64,000 nucleotides of DNA from Rhynchobatus australiae (GCA_034780895.1 JAUZTB010008443.1:1-64000); one strand, 5' to 3'. Positions 48,282-62,289 are shown, numbered from the stretch's first letter. A program made the numbers and translations. Notes: generated by a model from the sequence alone, not told the origin.

Positions 48282-48542
48282 TTTTTCTCCTTGTTTTGCC
48301 TCGTATACCTCTAATATAGCTATATTTTAAAACATTTAGTTAATTAATTTGCAAATACTAATTTTACTTTTAAATTTTATCTATTTATTCAGAAAAATGA
48401 TATAAAATTTATAGTTTTAAAATCGCATTAATTAGTAAAGAATATTTGCCTAATTTTAGCAACTAAATTTTCAAAACAAAAAAGATATTTAAAAATTTTT
48501 ACTATTTTAACAATATATAATTTAATAATAAAGGTGGTAATA

Positions 48543-50762
48543 ATGAATTATAAAGCATTGTATCGAGTTTATCGACCGACTACCTTTGACGAAGTTAAAG
48601 GTCAAAAGTTCGTCGTAGAAACTTTAAAAAATATTGTAGTTTCCCAAAAAATATCCCATGCTTACCTTTTTAATGGACCACATGGGACTGGCAAAACTTC
48701 TGTTGCTAAAATCTTTGCAACTGCTTTAAATTGTAAACACAAAATCGATTTTAACCCTTGTTCCATTTGTCAAACTATTAGTCATGATCGCTCTGGGATC
48801 ATCGAATTAGACGCAGCTTCCAATAATAGTGCCGATGACATTCGTAACTTAATTGAAAACGCTAACACTTATTCTTTGGGCGGTGATTATAAAATCTTTA
48901 TTATTGATGAAGTCCATATGCTCTCAAAGAGTGCTTTTAATGCTTTTTTAAAAACTTTAGAAGAGCCTCCTAAACAAACCATTTTTATTTTAGCAACGAC
49001 TGAACCGCATAAAATTCCCAATACAATTTTATCACGTGTGCAACGCTTTAATTTTCGTCGTATTGATAATCAAGTTATTTATCAACACTTAAAAGAAGTT
49101 TTAGCCTTAGAAAATATTAGCTACGAACCAGGAGTTATTGAATTTTTAGTTAATTTAGCTAACGGTTCACTTCGCGATGGACTTTCTTTAGTTGATCAAT
49201 CAGCCATTTATGCACAAGGAAAAATCAAAACTAAAGATCTTATTGACACATTTGGTATTACTTCTTTTGAAGAAGTCATTAGTCTTTTAAATTACACCAT
49301 TTTTCATCTTTCTTTAGCATTACAAAAGTTGCAACAATTAAAACTACAAGGCGCCGATCCAGAGCAACTTTTAAATAATATTATCAACGTTGTTAAAGAC
49401 TTTATTTTGTATCAGAAAACTTCTGATTTAAAAAACGTCATTTTTTTAAATCAGATGCATTTAAATTTAATCAAATTTAATTTAACTCAAGCTTATACGA
49501 TTATGACAGAAGCGATTCGCACTTTAGAAACTTTTAATTATGTGCAGTTGCCTTTTCAACGTCTTGAAATTTTATTAATTCAAATTCATGATGCTACTGG
49601 TAATTTAGTAGTTTTAGAAAAAGCAAAAACATTAAAAAACATTGAACTTTTAAAAGCACAAGAGAAGCATCTTGAAGAGCAAATTGTGACTGATACTAAA
49701 ATTAATTTTCTCGATAAAACGTTGCAAACTTTGGATTCTCAAGCAGCTACAAAAACGACTTTAGAAACCATTTCTGAAGCAGATGATAGTTTTGATATTG
49801 TTGCTCAAAACAGTAAAACTATAAATCATGAAGATGATTTTGAAAATAAATTAAAAACTAAAAAAAATGGCGTTAGCAAAATTTTAAATCAGCTCAAAAA
49901 AGACAATAAAAAGTCTTCAAGTTTAAGTCCTAATGATTCTTCAAAAAAGATTGACAATCATGAGTTTAAAACGAAACTAGAAGCTGCACATGATCTTTTA
50001 GATAATACTGATGAGTTCATTAATACAACGAATGAATACGAAGATTTAGTTTCTCGAATTTCTGATATTGCAACGACCGATGAAGATCAAAGTGAGATTA
50101 TTTCGACTGGAGAAATGAATCTAGATTTAACCGAAAAAGAAAAAGATCGTGATCTTAAAAATGAGTTGCCTGCTGATCTTTTTAAAACTACAGAAGAAAC
50201 TAATTTAACTGCGACAACTAAAGAAACTCTAGATGACACTTTTGATAGTCTTTTAGAAGATAATAAGCCCGAATTAACAGGCATTTCCAAAATTATACCG
50301 GAAACTGATATTCACTCTCAAGAAGAGATCATTAACGCTTTTTTACAAAACTATAAAAAAGATCAAAGAAAAGAGCAAATGGATAAAATTAAGGAACTTC
50401 AAAAGTATCTTTATGATGATCAGTTTCATGAAATTGTTGCCCTTTTTTTACCTTTACGTTTAATTAATATTGGCAAGCGTTTTTTGATTTTTAGCTCAAG
50501 CGATAATGAGAAAGTTTTTGAAGCTATGGCCAATGTTAATAATCCTAAACTATTAACTTTAGTAGAGAAGATTTATGGAGATCAAAAAAAGGTTTTTGTA
50601 ATTACTAAAAAGTTATTTTTTGAAGTCAAAAAGGTTTGGGCTAAAATCAAAGCTAAGAAAGTTCCTTTACCAGAAACCAAAGAGATTAAAGTATCTGAAA
50701 ACGGTGATCAAACGCGTAAAATGATGCTCGACATTTTAGGCGATGATTTAAAAGAAATATAA
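48543..50762 (+). CDS. dnaX: DNA polymerase III gamma/tau subunit
   Basis: LYRVYRP, GPHGTGKT, Cys cluster, ELDAASN, IIDEVHML, LKTLEEPP, TILSRVQRF. Confidence 0.97.
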   Translation: MNYKALYRVYRPTTFDEVKGQKFVVETLKNIVVSQKISHAYLFNGPHGTGKTSVAKIFATALNCKHKIDFNPCSICQTISHDRSGIIELDAASNNSADDIRNLIENANTYSLGGDYKIFIIDEVHMLSKSAFNAFLKTLEEPPKQTIFILATTEPHKIPNTILSRVQRFNFRRIDNQVIYQHLKEVLALENISYEPGVIEFLVNLANGSLRDGLSLVDQSAIYAQGKIKTKDLIDTFGITSFEEVISLLNYTIFHLSLALQKLQQLKLQGADPEQLLNNIINVVKDFILYQKTSDLKNVIFLNQMHLNLIKFNLTQAYTIMTEAIRTLETFNYVQLPFQRLEILLIQIHDATGNLVVLEKAKTLKNIELLKAQEKHLEEQIVTDTKINFLDKTLQTLDSQAATKTTLETISEADDSFDIVAQNSKTINHEDDFENKLKTKKNGVSKILNQLKKDNKKSSSLSPNDSSKKIDNHEFKTKLEAAHDLLDNTDEFINTTNEYEDLVSRISDIATTDEDQSEIISTGEMNLDLTEKEKDRDLKNELPADLFKTTEETNLTATTKETLDDTFDSLLEDNKPELTGISKIIPETDIHSQEEIINAFLQNYKKDQRKEQMDKIKELQKYLYDDQFHEIVALFLPLRLINIGKRFLIFSSSDNEKVFEAMANVNNPKLLTLVEKIYGDQKKVFVITKKLFFEVKKVWAKIKAKKVPLPETKEIKVSENGDQTRKMMLDILGDDLKEI

Positions 50763-50793
50763 TAAAATAAATTTACTTGAGAATGGAGTGATT

Positions 50794-51084
50794 ATGAATA
50801 TTAATGAGTTAATGAAGCAAGCCAAAAAGATGCAAAGCAAATTAGAAGCCCAAGAAAAAGAACTTTTTAAAAAAGAATTTAGTGTTGAAAAGCAAGGCAT
50901 TAAAATGGTTTTTAATGGACAAAGAAAACTTTTAAAAATTGATATTGATAGCAATTTAGTCGATCCTGAAGATAAAGATATTTTAGAAGATTTAATTCGT
51001 ATTTGTACTAATGAAGCAATGGATTTGATTAATGCTGCACACGAGCAACTAGATCCTAAAAACAATGGAAACATGCCTTTTTAA
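50794..51084 (+). CDS. ybaB: YbaB/EbfC nucleoid-associated protein
   Basis: MNINELMKQAKKMQ...VDPEDKDILEDLI; canonical dnaX-ybaB-recR order. Confidence 0.93.
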   Translation: MNINELMKQAKKMQSKLEAQEKELFKKEFSVEKQGIKMVFNGQRKLLKIDIDSNLVDPEDKDILEDLIRICTNEAMDLINAAHEQLDPKNNGNMPF

Positions 51085-51660
51085 ATGCTTGATAATTTAA
51101 GCTATTTAGCTTTAGTTGATGCCCTGCGCGAATTTAAAGGCATTTCACGTCGTTTAGCTGAAAGTTTAGCAACACAATTAGGCAAAACTTCGGAAACCCA
51201 AATTGAAGATTTAATTGATAAAATTAGGACTTTAAGGAAAAACCAAAAAAGGTGTTTGAAGTGTAACTTATATCAGGAATTGGAACTTTGTTCTTTTTGT
51301 AAAAATGAACAACGCGAAAAGCAATTAATGATTTTTGAAAGTTCCAATAATGTTTTTAAATTTGCTCAAATTAGCAATTATGCTGGCTATTATTTCGTAA
51401 TTGATCCGCTTTTAAATAAAAAAACTAAATCAGATCCTATATGAATGGAACAACTTTTCAACTTCTCAGAAATTGTCGATGAAATTATTTTAGCTATTAG
51501 TCCAACTTTAAATGGCGAAATTACGATTAATTATTTACGCCAAAAGTTAACCCGCAAAGGACTTAAAATTAGCCGTTTTGCTACCGGTTTACCTGTAAAT
51601 TCAGAAATTAGTTATTTAGATCCATTAACTTTGTTAATGGCTTATGAAAATAAAAAATAA
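51085..51660 (+). CDS. recR: Recombination mediator RecR
   Basis: HhH (FKGISRRLAE), C4 zinc finger CLKC...CSFC, Toprim EIILAISPTLNGEIT, SRFATGLP; TGA at 51442 read as Trp. Confidence 0.92.
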
Positions 51661-51689
51661 ATAATTTTTCAAATTTATGAAAGGAATTT

Positions 51690-52355
51690 ATGCTCATTAA
51701 CATTGAAGGTTTGGATGGCTCTGGCAAAACAACTATTATCGAGCTTTTAAAAAAGAAAGTGGTGGCTCTAAACTTAGAAAAACACTTTATTTTTACGCGT
51801 GAACCTGGTAGTTTTAACAGTCAAACAGCAGAAGAGATTCGTAAGATAATTTTAAATCCACAACTCAAAATTGATAATTACACCGAGGCGCTTTTGTTTA
51901 CTGCTTCGCGCAATTTACACATCAAACATTTAATAACTCCTAATTATCAAACTAAAATTATTATTACTGATCGCTATTATGATTCTTTTTATGCTTATCA
52001 AGGTTTTGGGCGTCAGCTCGGTTATCAATGGGTAAAAACTTTAACTGAACTAATTTTGGATGAGCATTATCCCCATCTTAGTTTTTATTTAGATTTACCT
52101 TTAAATGTTGCTTATCAAAGGCGTCAAATTCGTTCTCAAACCAACCCTTTAGACGTTCTTAGTTATGAATTTTTTCAAAGGGTTAAAGAAGGTTATCAAA
52201 AGATTATTAATGAGCACAAAAATCGTTATGTTATTATTGATGCACTAGCACCAGCGCAAACAATTGCTAATCAAATTTGAGAAGAAATAATTTCAAAAGA
52301 AGATTATCGCAAAATATTTAAAAAAGATAAGGATCACAAAAAGCCAAATGAATAG
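51690..52355 (+). CDS. tmk: Thymidylate kinase
   Basis: IEGLDGSGKTT, TREPG, TDRYYDSFYAYQG. Confidence 0.96.
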
Positions 52356-53271
52356 TTGAAACACATACTGGCAAAACGCTTTGCAAAAAAATAAAATCGC
52401 CCATGCTTATTTATTAAAAGCTTTTCCAGGTGTTAATATTAATGAGCAACTTAATGCTATTATTTTGCGTATTGTTAATTACCAAGTCGCTTATAAAAAT
52501 AAGCGCTTACAAAGCCCGCAAATTTATCATCTTAATTCGCAAGAAACGACATTAAAAAAAGAAAAACTTTTAGCTGTTCTGGAAAAACTTAAGCTCTATG
52601 CTCATGGCTCAGGGCGTAAACTCTTAATTATTGAAAATATTGAATTAGCTTCCAAAAATTTTATTAATTCTTTATTAAAAACAATTGAAGAGCCACCGCA
52701 AAACGTTACCATTTTCATTACTACTAATGCCATTGCTAAAGTCATTCCGACAATTAAATCACGTTGTCAAATTATTAATATTCCTGAAAATGATAAGGCA
52801 GCACTTTTAAAAAAAGTTAAATCCTTAAATTACAAAAGTAACTTTAGTCAATTGTGAGTAGAAATTTTTAACAATTTTGAGGAACTAGAAACTTTTATTA
52901 ATCCTGAAAACGATGCCCTTATTGAATCTGCCATAGAAACTTTAAAAATGACAATTAAAAATCCTTTAAAATTAATCGAATTTTTAACACTTAAAATTAC
53001 AAAAAAAGAAGCTTTCTTAGTAACAAAAATTCTAAGCGTGCTTTGACGTTATGAATATAATCATTTTTTAAAAATTGAGAATAAAAAAATTGCTAAAGTG
53101 ATTGCTAATTTACGCTTAAAAAAATTGCCCGCGGCTAAAATAACGCTTCTTTTAGACGCTTATAACAAGCAATTAAGACAAAATCATAACTTTTTTATTC
53201 AAAAAGAAAAACTACTCATTAATCTTAAAAATTTATTATTAAAAATTAGAAATGATAGTCTTCATTACTAA
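52348..53271 (+). CDS. holB: DNA polymerase III delta' subunit
   Basis: IAHAYL, NSLLKTIEEPP, IPTIKSRCQ; follows tmk. Confidence 0.92.
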
Positions 53272-53273
53272 GG

Positions 53274-53279
53274 TATAAT
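53274..53279 (+). promoter_or_regulatory. -10 box of tRNA-His promoter
   Basis: TATAAT about 10 nt upstream of the tRNA 5' end. Confidence 0.6.
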
Positions 53280-53289
53280 TTTCTAACGT

Positions 53290-53366
53290 GGTGGATATGG
53301 CGAAGTGGTCAACGCATCGGGTTGTGGTCCCGACATTCGCGGGTTCAAATCCCGTTATTCACCCCA
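53290..53366 (+). tRNA. tRNA-His (GTG) with encoded G-1 and CCA
   Basis: Acceptor GTGGATA/TATTCAC, anticodon arm TCGGG-TTGTGGT-CCCGA, T arm GCGGG-TTCAAAT-CCCGT, C73 discriminator, CCA. Confidence 0.97.
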
Positions 53367-53511
53367 TTTTTTTATGCTTTTTTGTCTTCTTTTTGGTATC
53401 AAAAAAGATTTTTGTTAAAAAAAATCTGATAAAGCAAAATTCAATTAGTGAACTTTTAGATATTTACTTATAATATAGTTAATTTTATCCTTTAAGGAGG
53501 TTCAAAAAGAA

Positions 53512-53805
53512 ATGGTATCTACGGAAGCCCTTTTATCTTGAGGTGAACATTTATTAACGAGCACTTCGCAGCAAGGTTTGTCAACCGGTGCTATTGTTGG
53601 TTTAGTAATTGGTATTAGCCTTTTCACTTTTATTTTTGGTGCTGTTTTAACTTTTTATTTAACACGCCGCAGTTTTCTCAAACAACTTAAGGAAAATCCT
53701 CCCATTACTGAAAAAATGATTCGTGTTATGTTTTTACAAATGGGTGTTAAAGCTTCAGAAGCACGTATCAAACAAGTCATGCGTTCGATGCAAAACGCTA
53801 AGTAA
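53512..53805 (+). CDS. yneF: YneF/UPF0154 family small membrane protein
   Basis: AAGGAGG RBS; TM helix then LKENPPITEKMIRVMFLQMGVKASEARIKQVMRSM. Confidence 0.9.
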
Positions 53806-54047
53806 TTACTTTTAGTTAAATTTTTATTATTTGAAAAGTAATTTTTACTTTTTTGGACTCAAAATTAGCTTTTAATCTTAAATTATAAAAGATCATCTTT
53901 CCGAGTAATTGAGGGAAAGATTTTTATTAGTGCCACAAAAGCTTAAGCAAGCTTATTCGCTTCAAAAAGCTCCTATAAATAAGGAAGAAATGCGTTACTA
54001 TGTTTTATAATTTTAATCACTTACTCACCGAAAAAGGGCAGCTTTTT

Positions 54048-56735
54048 ATGAAAAAAGACAATAAAAACAAAGATGAACTAGAAAAATTTAATACCAGCGA
54101 ATTAGACTTTGATGAAGATTCGACTAGTCGCGTTTTTGGCGCAGCCGAAAAAGCGCTAGAAGAGAAAAAACTAGAAAGCGAAAAAAAAGTAGAAAAAATA
54201 GCAGAAACTGAATTAGTTCCAAAACTAATCGATGGACCACAAAAAGGTTTAGCCCCTGTTAATGTTGCCAATGAAATGAAGCAATCATTTTTAGAATATG
54301 CGATGTCGGTAATTGTTTCAAGAGCGATTCCCGATGCCAAAGACGGACTGAAACCAGTGCATCGGCGCATTTTGTATGGCATGCATGAAATCGGTTTATC
54401 GCACAGTTCGGCACACAAAAAATCTGCTCGCATTGTTGGTGATGTTTTAGGAAAATATCACCCTCACGGTGATAGTTCAGTTTATGAAGCAATGGTGCGT
54501 TTAGCACAAAATTTTTCAATGCGCTACCCTTTAATTGATGGTCATGGCAACTTTGGCTCAATTGATGGTGATTCTGCTGCCGCAATGCGTTATACTGAAG
54601 CTCGTTTAGCTAAAATTTCGCAGTTTATGTTGGAAGGAATCAAAAAAAACGCGATTCCTTTTGTTGCTAATTATGATGGCTCTGAAACTGAACCGCTCGT
54701 TTTACCAGCTTTATTTCCTAATTTATTAATTTCTGGAGCAAAAGGCATTGCCGTGGGTATGGCAACGGAAATTCCTCCTCATAATCTTAATGAAACTATT
54801 GCAGCCGCCATTGCTTATGCTCAAAATCCAGATCTAGAAGTGAAGCAACTGATGGAATACATTCACGGCCCTGATTTTCCCACCGGCGGTTCAATTTTAG
54901 GCGAAGAAGGCATTATTAGTGCTTATGAAACTGGTAATGGCTCAATTACCATGCGTGCTAAAAGCGAAATCATTAAATACGAAAACGGCAAAAGCCGCAT
55001 TATTATTAGCGAAATTCCTTATGGCGTTTTAAAAACTAAAATTATTGATGATATTGCTCGCGCCGTCAAAAATAAAACATCAGGGGTTGAAGGCATTGCT
55101 GATATTAGAGATGAGTCTTCAAGTCAAGGAATGCGTTTAATTATTGAAATTAAACGTAATTATCCAGCGCACGTAATTTTAAATACGCTTTACAAAATTA
55201 GTCGCTTGCAAACTAATTTTAGCGTCAACATGGTCGCTCTTGTTAATGGCGTTCCAGAAACTTTAAATCTCAAAAGAGCTTTTGAAGTTTATTGAATGCA
55301 CCAAAAAGAAACAACGCGCAACGTTTTACAATTTGATCTTGATAAAGCACAAGCCCGTTTACACATTTTAGAAGGGCTCAAAATTGCAACTGATAATATC
55401 GATCAAGTCATTAGTTTAATTCGTAAATCTAGTTCCGATGCTGAAGCGCGCATTCATTTAGAAACTCAATTTAGTCTTTCTGAGGATCAAAGTAAGGCTA
55501 TTACCGAAATGCGTTTAGGACGTTTAACGTCTTTAGCCATTGATAAAATGGAGCTGGAAATTAAGGAAACTATAGCTTTTTGTAAATACAATTCTTCACT
55601 TCTCAACGATCCTCAGTTGCTCTTAGAGTTTATCTTTAGCAAATTAAGAGAAATTGTTAATAAATACGGCGATCAACGTCGCACTTTAATCGAAAAAAAC
55701 GCTTCGGCAAACATTAATATTGAAGATTTAATCGAAGAGCAAAATGTTGTTATTACTAGATCGCGCAAAGGTTATGTTAAACGCATTCGCGTTGATCAGT
55801 ATCGCGCGCAAAAAAGAGGCGGTAAAGGAGCGCGCAGCACTAACACTTATGCTGATGATGATGTGAGCGACATTTTAGTAACAACGACGCATATTGATTT
55901 ATTAATTTTCACTTCTTTTGGCAAAGTTTATCGACTTAAAGCTTTTGAAATTCCTGAGTCTTCAAAAACGTCTAAAGGAACGCCTTTTAATAATTTTATT
56001 GATATTGATAAAGATGAATTTGTAGTTTCTTGATTAGCAACTAATATTTACACTGAAGATCTATTTTTATTAACTGTTACTAAAAAAGGGATTGTTAAAC
56101 GCTGCTTATTAAGTTCTTTTAAACGCATTAACCGCAACGGTAAAATTGCCCTTAAACTTGATGATGATGATGAGCTTTTGCGCGCTATGATTGTTCGTGC
56201 TGATGAAGAAATTATTATTGGTGCTAATAGTGGTTATGTAGTTCGCTTTAATGTAAAACAAATTCGCACTTCAGGGCGCACCGCACGCGGAGTAGTAGGC
56301 ATTACTTTAGAAAATAGCGAAGTCATTGCCGCAAGTTCATCAAGCGAAGGAAATTTAATTTTTTCTTTAGGATCTAAAGGCTATGGCAAAAAAACGATGA
56401 TTGATGCTTATCGTAAAACGAATCGCCGCGTTAAAGGAGTCAAAAGCATTGATACCGATAAAGCCGGTGCTTTAGTTTATGTCGGTTTTGTTAAAGGTGA
56501 TGAAGAAATCATTATTATTAATTCTTCAGGCATTAGTATTCGCACTTCTTTATCTGAGGTTTCTCAGACTTCAACTCGCAATACTAAGGGCGTAAGAGTG
56601 ATTCGTCTTGACGATCAAGAAACTATTAAAAGTGTTGGCATTTTAAAACTTAAAGAAGCCGAAGAAAAAATTAGTAAAACTAATGAATTAGCTTTGCGTC
56701 ATTTGCAAACTGAAAGCGAAAAGACAAGCGAATAA
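54048..56735 (+). CDS. gyrA: DNA gyrase subunit A (alternative start 54000)
   Basis: [27 protein letters not shown], GyrA-box QKRGGKG, beta-pinwheel repeats. Confidence 0.96.
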
Positions 56736-56757
56736 TTTTTAAGTTCCAGGAGTAAAT

Positions 56758-58308
56758 ATGGAAAAGCAAAACGCTTGAATTGAACCTTGATTTTTGTATT
56801 ATCGAAACAATTCTCAAAGAAGTAATGAACTCAAAAAAATCCTTAGTAATTGGGATAAATTAGCTGCTGCTTTTTTGGCTAAACCTTTTTTTGATGAAAG
56901 AGGTTTTTCATTTTACAAAGGCTTAGGTTGAGGCAAGTTTTGTGAGGCTACTTTAGCTTTAGTAGCGCAAGCTTTAGTAAGTTTAATAGCGCCTAAAAAA
57001 TTTTTAAAAATCTTATTAGCTTTTAAAGGTTCAGCAGAGTTAATGCCTTATTTAGAAATTTTTGATGGTGTTTTTAGTTTTTATGATCATAAAGTTTACC
57101 GTTTTCAAAAAAGCCCGATGCTAGAAAGCGTGATTGCGGAAACTTTAAGGCATTTAGATTTAGATTTAGTCGTTTATCTTAGTTATCAAGCTAGTGAAAA
57201 AAGGTATTATTTAAAATTTTTGGATGGCCAAGGCCTTGACTTAGAGTTGCCATTTTATCAAAACTTAGTAGCTATGATGGCGCAAACTGATTTAGCCCAA
57301 ATCAAAAGCTTAGCACGATCGCCCCAAATCATTAAAAAAGATCTAATTTATGAACAATACAAAATTCATAATTTAAAAATTAGCGAACGTCTTCAGGACG
57401 AAAAAACATTAAAAATTTTTTTTAATAGTGACTCTTTAGCATTTCAAGAACTAGCGAGCAAAATTTTTGGTTCTTTAGATTATCCTTACTTATTAGCAAA
57501 ACCAAAAATGCTAAATTTTTGGCAGCCAAAACGCTTCAATCTCAAAAACTTCTGAGCTAAAGATTATGATTTAGCGCTTTTTCTCGATGAAGCTTCACAA
57601 AGCTTTGAAATAGCTTTAAAGCAAGCCAAAAAAGAACGCGTTTTAAAAGATTATGAACTTTTAATATTTTTTTTCGAACACTATTTTTTGGCACAAAAAA
57701 TTGCTAATCAAATAAGTTCTCAAGCTTATATAATCATTCCTGAATACTACATTTTTTTCTTGAAAGATTTGTTAATTAAATACGAAATTAGTGTTTATGC
57801 TTATGAAAATTATCAACATCTACAACTTGATGAAAAAGCTTGTATTTTAGCTTTAGATGATAAACAAAGGTTTCGTATGCAAACTGTTTTACCTTATTTT
57901 TCGCAAATGCAATTTTTTATTATTTTTATGGAATTAATGAATTATTTAAAAACACAAAAAGGTAACTTAATTGAAGTTTTTGAAAACACAATGCGCACTT
58001 ATCCAGAAATTAAACATTACCAAGAAAAAATGATCATTACTTTTGAAAATTATCAACTTTTAATTAAACTTCTTGAAGAAAATTTAATTAAAGAAAAATT
58101 AGTTAATAAACTTTACAAACGCTTTCATCCTCATTATCTTTTAATTTTCAATGAAACTAGAGATTTATTGTTGCAATTTATTTACGATCGTTTTGCTTTG
58201 CGACTAAAATACCAAGTTTTTACTATTGGTAAAAAATTGGATCATAATTTGTTAGAATTAATTATTGATAAATTAAATAAAATCGTTAATCACGATCTCA
58301 GTGCTTAA
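56758..58308 (+). CDS. Degenerate phosphosugar-mutase (PGM/PMM)-like protein (516 aa)
   Basis: AGGAG RBS; N-terminal G-x-G-x-x-x-F...VAQAL...ILLAF and YYLKFLDGQG resemble PGM domain I; phospho-Ser motif TASHN absent. Confidence 0.55.
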
Positions 58309-58365
58309 GTTTTTTAAGTACTGTTTATTAATTTTTTAATAATTCTAAAAATTGTGAGGAGAAAA

Positions 58366-58860
58366 ATGAATACGGTATTTTTAAATAAAAATTACACAAC
58401 CGGGAGAATAATTAAAGTTGGTGAAACTTTAAACTTTAAAGCGCTAGCCACTTCTTTTCAGTGAAAAACCTTTGCTCCTAAGAAATTAACGGTGGTTTCA
58501 CCTTTTCCAGCGATTAGCACACAGCTTTGTGATCAACAAACGCAAGGTATTAGTAAACTGGCAGCCAAATACCAACAACAAGTAGATTTTTTAACTTTAT
58601 CGGTTGATCTTCCTTTTACTTTAAAAGAATGATGCGGTGCCCATTCAATTACTAATGTAGAAACTTTATCGGATTACAATAATCACTCTTTTGGTAAAGC
58701 GAGCGGCTTTTTAATTGATGAACTTAAAATTTTAAACCGTGGCGTTATTATTGTTGATGCGAATAAAAAAGTTTTATTCGTTAGTGCTAATGATAATGTT
58801 CATGAGCAAATTGATTTTGACACAATAGATCAAAAATTAGAGCAATTTTTAAGCGCTTAA
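58366..58860 (+). CDS. tpx: Thiol peroxidase (Tpx-type peroxiredoxin), absent from the ORF track
   Basis: GAGGAG RBS; FPAISTQLC (peroxidatic Cys), SVDLPF, WCGA (resolving Cys), LSDY, RGVIIVD. Confidence 0.9.
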
Positions 58861-58900
58861 ACTTTTTAATTGAAGTTTATAATTTGGTTTATTTTTAATT

Positions 58901-58930
58901 AAAAAAGCAACTTTAAGAAGTTGCTTTTTT
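58901..58930. terminator. Bidirectional terminator between tpx and pdhB
   Basis: AAAAAAGCAACTT-taag-AAGTTGCTTTTTT. Confidence 0.85.
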
Positions 58931-58959
58931 ACTTTAGCTTGAATTTTAAAAACTTAAAT

Positions 58960-59975
58960 TTATAAAACGTAATCCATAATTTCGCGAATTGCTTCAGCGA
59001 TTTTACCAGGAAGAGGCGAGTGCAAATGCTCACTTTTAGCTAGCGGAATAATGATATCATGACCTGTAACACGCATTACTGGTGCTAATAAATACTCAAA
59101 AATGTGTTCTTGCACTGAAGCGGCTATTTCGGCTGCTACCGAAAAAGAACGCGCTTCTTCTGTGACTACTAAAAGACGTCCAGTTTTTTTAACTGATTCT
59201 CAAATTGTTTCTTTATCAATTGGTGAAATAGTGCGTAAATCAATTAATTCTACTGAAGGAGCGTCTTCTTTTAAAGCTTGTAAGGCGCTAACGGTATCGT
59301 GCACTTGGGCTCCATAAGTAACAATTGTTAGTTCATCTCCTTCAGAAATTACTTTTGCTTTACCAATGGGAACAGTGTATTTGGCATCAGGAACTTCTTG
59401 TTTAAAAGCGCGATAAATACGTTTATGTTCTAAGAAAATAACAGGATCTTGATCTTCAATAGCAGCTATTAAAAGCCCTTTCATATCATAAGGATTTGAA
59501 GGCATAACGACTTTGAGACCAGGAATGTGAGCATATAGAGCTTCGATTGCTTCAGAGTGGTGTTCTAAGGCCCGAACCATGCCCCCCACCGGCATGCGCA
59601 TTACCATCGGTACGTGACGATGACCACGAGTTTTATTGCGATAACGTGCTGCTTGGGTAAAAAGGTTCATAAATGTTGGAAAAGAAAAGCCAGAAAATTG
59701 AATTTCCACGATTGGTTTTAGTCCGGCAACTCCAGCGCCAACAGCAACTCCGGCTAAAGTGGCCTCAGAAATCGGCGTATCAAAGACACGATCTTTACCG
59801 AATTGTGTTTGTAAACCTTGCGTAGCTCTAAAGACTCCTCCTTCATAGCCAGCGTCTTGACCGTAAACAACAATTGTTTCATCAAGTTCCATCATTTGTT
59901 TTAAAGCGCTTGTTAAAGCGCTAATATTGTTTAATAATTGTCCTTTTTGTTTTGCTGTAACTCTTGTAGTTTCCA

Positions 59976-59976
<1 letters not shown>
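58960..59976 (-). CDS. pdhB: Pyruvate dehydrogenase E1 beta
   Basis: GTG start after GGAGG; GGVFRAT, DTPISE, EIQFSGF, LEHHSE. Confidence 0.95.
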
Positions 59977-61097
<1,121 letters not shown>

Positions 61098-61188
61098 CAG
61101 TTTTTAATCTCCTTTTTAAGTGCTCTTAAATTTATTTATATCATAGAACAATCGTTTTAATTTTTTTTTAAAATTTTCTTTTAAAAAA

Positions 61189-61223
61189 ATAAACGTTGTG
61201 CCTGAGACAGCTGCAACGTTTAT
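61189..61223 (-). terminator. Terminator after gap
   Basis: ATAAACGTTG...CAACGTTTAT with an A run on its left (U tail on the minus strand). Confidence 0.6.
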
Positions 61224-61254
61224 CTTTCATAGTTATAAAAATTTAAAAGTCTGA

Positions 61255-62289
61255 TTAAACTTGAGCTACATAATCAACGAGTCTTAAAAGTTGGTGTACA
61301 AATGAAGATTCATTATCGTATCAAGCACACACTGTTACTAATTGTTCACCGTTTTCATCAGTAATTAATTTTGTTAAACTAGTATCAAAAATAGCACCGT
61401 AAGTTGAACCAACAATATCACCAGAAACAATTGGTTCTCTATTAATTTTGAACGATTCTGAGGCGTATTTTGCGATCGCATCGTTTAACTCTTCAGCTGA
61501 TTTAGGTTGTTTTTTTAGTTTTAAAGATAAATCAGAAATAGAACCAACTAGCGCCGGTACTCTTAAGGCAATGCCATCGAGTTTTCCTACTAAATCTTTA
61601 ATGACTAAACCAATAGCGCGTGCTGCTCCAGTCGTGGTTGGAATAATATTATTAGCAGCAGCACGACCGCGACGGAAATCTTTAGGTGAAGGACTATCGA
61701 CTAATCTTTGGTTTCCCGTAAAGGCATGAATGGTCGTCATTTTTCCTAATTTAATTCCGTATTCTTTATTAATAGCGTCTAAAAGTGGAGCAATTGAGTT
61801 GGTAGTACATGAAGCAGCAGAAATAATTTTGTCTTCAGCGTTAATTTCTTGGTGGTTAACGTTATAAACTAAAGTTTTTACGTCTGCGCCACCAGGAGCA
61901 GTAATAATACATTTTTTTGCCCCTGAATCAAGATGTAATTGTGCTCCGGCTTTATTTGCAAAAAAACCAGTTGATTCAAGAACAATGTCAATATCATGAT
62001 CTTTTCAAGGTAAATTACGTGGATTAGTTTCACGATAAACTTTAACTTCTTTTAATTGATCTTCTTTTAAGCCTTTGGGCCCGTATTTAAATCCGTTTTC
62101 AGTTAATACCAAAGTTCCTTGAAAAGGACCATAAGTAGTGTCGTATTTCATGAGATACAATAAATTTTCAGCGTTGGTTAAATCATTAACAGCAACGACT
62201 TCCAATTCATCAAAATAATTTTCGGCAATCGTTCTTAAAGTTAAGCGACCGATACGACCAAAACCATTGATAGCTATTTTTTTAGACAT
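61255..62289 (-). CDS. gap: Glyceraldehyde-3-phosphate dehydrogenase
   Basis: INGFGRIGR, SAASCTTN, RAAANNIIPTTTGAA, AWYDNE. Confidence 0.97.

Noticed and set aside
53288-53473. 61-aa track ORF
   Set aside because: Overlaps tRNA-His; spurious
53290-53512. tRNA as an integration site for a mobile element
   Set aside because: No integrase and no duplicated tRNA 3' end seen; neighbours are core genes
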